A stretch of DNA of 51,245 nucleotides from an archaeon (lineage in GTDB: Archaea; Iainarchaeota; Iainarchaeia; Iainarchaeales; 1-14-0-10-31-34). The number at the start of each line of letters is the position of its first letter. The first letter of the stretch is position 1. The DNA lies in assembly GCA_043815885.1 (NCBI GenBank), contig JBDRIL010000060.1:1-51245 (forward strand). Reading direction: 5' to 3'. Shown piece after piece: positions 48,882-51,245 of the stretch. The notes below the pieces were generated by a model. The model searched no databases. It was given only the letters and a program-made list of their open reading frames with translations, and had not been told where the DNA came from. Position numbers and translations under genes: made by a program.

Positions 48882-49141
48882 ATGACTCAAGAATTAATTG
48901 GAATTGGAATAATGCTCATTGTGATTGGGATGATACTGGTTTTTGTTGGAAGCATTACAGGAATCGGAAAAGGAGAGGGAAAAAGCAAGATAGAAGGAGC
49001 AGGAGTAGTAATGATTGAATGATTGGGCCAATTCCAGTGATTGGATTTGCTTCAAGCAAGACAATGCAGTATTTATTGATTGGAATAATTGTGATTGGAA
49101 TTATTTTGTGGCTGGTTTTTAATTTTTTAATGAAGAAATAA
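48882..49141 (+). pseudogene. DUF131 (TIGR00304-like) membrane protein frameshifted by an 8-bp duplication
   Basis: AATGATTG is duplicated at 49010-49025. Removing one copy restores 'GAGVVMIGPIP' and an 83-aa ORF. Confidence 0.8.
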
Positions 49142-49149
49142 TTGGATAA

Positions 49150-49720
49150 AAAAAACACTTGGTTATGTATCAACTTTATACATAACTATGTTCTCTGTTT
49201 TGCTGATTTTGCACTTGTATTCTGTCCTCTCGAGGCTTCCCCTGGCAAAAAAAAGTAAGATAACCTTTAGGGAGCGTGCCTTAAATTAACTGCTTTTCCC
49301 ACAAATATTGAATTTTGGCGTGTGGGGCCAGAATAAAGCGAGTCTGGGGGGTTTGGTACAGCTGGAAAAGGAAAAAAGCCCTATTAATTGTTGCTCTATT
49401 TTTGAGGGAAATTTTTGAGTATTTTTAGAGTATTCTTTAGGGAAAATTTCATTAAAAATCCTTTTCAAAAAACTTTTTCCTGCACGCGAGAAAAATTTTA
49501 AGCCACTTCACGAATTTTTTTGAAGCCACTTCCAGAGAATTTTGATTGTGGAAAAGGGCTGTAATATTTGTATACATAACCGAGAAATTCTGGGCCACTT
49601 CCAAAATGCGCTCCGTTCCTACTGCTTTGCCCCCCTTACTTCCACTAATGCACCATTTTCCCCACTTTTCTGAAAAATTGTGAGGGAATTTCGACGTATA
49701 ATGTAGAATATACAGCTTCC
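49150..49720. other. Motif-rich non-coding region (A/T tracts, GCCACTTC x3, TATACATAAC copies)
   Basis: GCCACTTC at 49502, 49525 and 49594; inverted pair GTTATGTAT-N7-ATACATAAC at 49162-49186. Confidence 0.6.
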
Positions 49721-49842
49721 TGAGAGTTTAAATGGTCGCCTCTGCCTCGCATAAATGCCTTAGAATTAGCCAAATGATGGCAAATATTGGGGTAAATCGG
49801 CTAAATTGTACTAAACCTTGCATGTTTGCACAAATAAAGCAG

Positions 49843-50469
49843 CTAACTAAAGAAGAATTTTACCTCTCCCTTTTTGGACCCGCGGGCTCTTGGGTTATGT
49901 ATAAGTATTTGTTCTTTTTTCTTCATTCTGGCCACAACATACTCTGGTTTTTCTTCAATTAATTTTACTAATTCTTCAAAGCTTCTGTTTCCTTTATTCT
50001 TTCTGGGGTTCATTTTCTCCTTTATTTTTAGTATTTTTATGAGCCCGTCTTTTGTCAAGTGCTCGTTTTGCTCCATCAAATCAAGGCACTCACTCCACTT
50101 AGCAAAGTCCTCGCCTTTCCTTGTATAGAAGCGTCTATGTTTAAAGAAATCTCTCGCTTTTAAGCAATCTTTAAATGTTTGAACATAGTATTGGCTATGG
50201 TCTTGGTGATCCGGCACTTTTTTTGACCTTTTAGCAGTATAAACCTCGCCCACCCCCAACTTCTTTCTAATTGCATAGAGAATGTAATTGTCTTTTTCCA
50301 CGACTGCAACTCTAAAAGAAGGTTTGACTAAAATTCCAAGAGATGCCTTCACTACTCTGTTATTCTTTCTCTCAGTCTTTCTAGGCCTATAATCAATTGG
50401 CCTCTGAATAGCAACACTAAAACAGCCTTCTCCTTCAACAAAACCCATTATTCTTTCATCAGAAATCAT
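49843..50469 (-). CDS. Free-standing single-motif LAGLIDADG homing endonuclease
   Basis: 'IMGFVEGEGCF', 'LGVG.V', 'K..DF..W...L.......HLT..G...I..IK..MN'. Confidence 0.9.
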   Translation of the reverse strand: MISDERIMGFVEGEGCFSVAIQRPIDYRPRKTERKNNRVVKASLGILVKPSFRVAVVEKDNYILYAIRKKLGVGEVYTAKRSKKVPDHQDHSQYYVQTFKDCLKARDFFKHRRFYTRKGEDFAKWSECLDLMEQNEHLTKDGLIKILKIKEKMNPRKNKGNRSFEELVKLIEEKPEYVVARMKKKEQILIHNPRARGSKKGEVKFFFS

Positions 50470-50744
50470 TTCTAATCGTCTCCCGGAGAGTTGGAAAAGA
50501 AGGCAATAAAATTAGCTTTAAGCTCTTCTTAAACAGTTTCTAGAGAGTTCGTTGCCGGTGAATGAACTTATAGAGTTTACTGAAACAATGGAGCAGTGCC
50601 CCCGCTTTTTTCCCACAAGGCCCTAAAACAGATTTATGTTATGTAGCAGTTACCTAATTTTTTCCCAAAAGAAAGAAAAGGGCAAGGACGCGGGGGAATT
50701 GGGGGAAAAGAAGGATTCCTGTAAACGGGTAAAAAATTAAAATC

Positions 50745-50947
50745 TTAGCTTTTTTTTATTCTTTTTACTTTTGGTTTTTTTCTTTTTTCTAACCTATCAA
50801 ATAAATAAGAAATAATGCTTAAAATATCCAGACAATTCCTATCGGAAAAATATTTTATTCTTGCCGCCATAGTTAAACTCGTGTGCCCAAGCGCAGGGTT
50901 TCTGAAACCAGTCATCACCCCCATTGATAAAAATTCATGCCCCTCAT
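50745..50947 (-). pseudogene. C-terminal remnant resembling a TIGR02391-family protein
   Basis: 'EG..FL.MG.M..FRNP..H......L...S.L...L' pattern. It has no start of its own and is joined to the ino1 fragment. Confidence 0.45.
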
Positions 50948-51244
50948 CTTGAATAGTGTGAGCAGGAACCTGTTTGCTATTGTTGCCCCGCACTGGCTTT
51001 TAATGTCATCCCCCATTAAAACCAATCCTTTTCCTTCAAATCTCTTCCTTATTTCTTCATCCTTTGCAATAGGTGTGGGCATGCAGTTAATGAAACTGCA
51101 GTTTGCTTTCAGTGCAGCTTCAGCGTAAGCATAAGTGGCTTTATCGCTTCCGGTGGGCAAATAATTCACTACAATCTCTGCCTTTGAATCCTTTAGGATT
51201 TTAGCAATGTCTACTGCCGGGGATTTGCTTTCGTGAATAAAGTA
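50915..51244 (-). pseudogene. ino1: Myo-inositol-1-phosphate synthase fragment (5' end outside the window, 3' half missing)
   Basis: 'VNYLPTGS..AT..YA..AL', 'FINC.P', 'GDDIKSQ.GAT'. Similarity stops after 'RG', before the expected 'GGNxDF' motif. Confidence 0.8.
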
Positions 51245-51245
51245 T

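Noticed and set aside
48955-49468. Minus-strand ORFs 48955-49173 and 49286-49468
   Set aside because: The first is the antisense shadow of the DUF131 pseudogene. The second has no SD, motif or typical composition.
49490-49610. CRISPR array
   Set aside because: The repeats are only 8-11 bp with irregular spacing, and no cas genes are present.
49150-50740. Group I intron or rRNA gene hosting the LAGLIDADG ORF
   Set aside because: No rRNA sequence, intron core elements or rejoinable exons could be recognised by eye.

Overview
Gene-dense, AT-rich archaeal chromosome segment. A DPANN archaeon (Diapherotrites/Micrarchaeota-like) is inferred from gene styles only, with no phylogeny run. In order it contains: the 3' end of leuS; nikR divergent from two small paralogous membrane proteins; two Cys-rich lipoproteins; a minus-strand operon gap -> pgk::hydB (one fused ORF) -> hydG -> hydD -> hydA, joining lower glycolysis to a group 3b NiFe hydrogenase; a type IV pilus locus whose ATPase carries an intein ending in Asp, followed by KaiC-like genes; RecJ-like, PMM/PGM, galT and pfkB genes; a single cluster with the whole archaeal (anhydromevalonate phosphate) mevalonate pathway; dtdA; and a disrupted right end with a DUF131 pseudogene, a motif-rich non-coding region, a free-standing LAGLIDADG gene and a truncated or chimeric inositol-1-phosphate synthase gene. 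The two strongest novel signals are (1) the PGK-hydrogenase beta-subunit fusion next to a bacterial-type GAPDH, and (2) a modular hairpin element inserted in frame just after the start codon of two unrelated genes, with a compensatory base-pair change and AATAAAAA direct repeats. No rRNA, tRNA or CRISPR array was recognised. All calls come from motif recognition by eye, without database searches.
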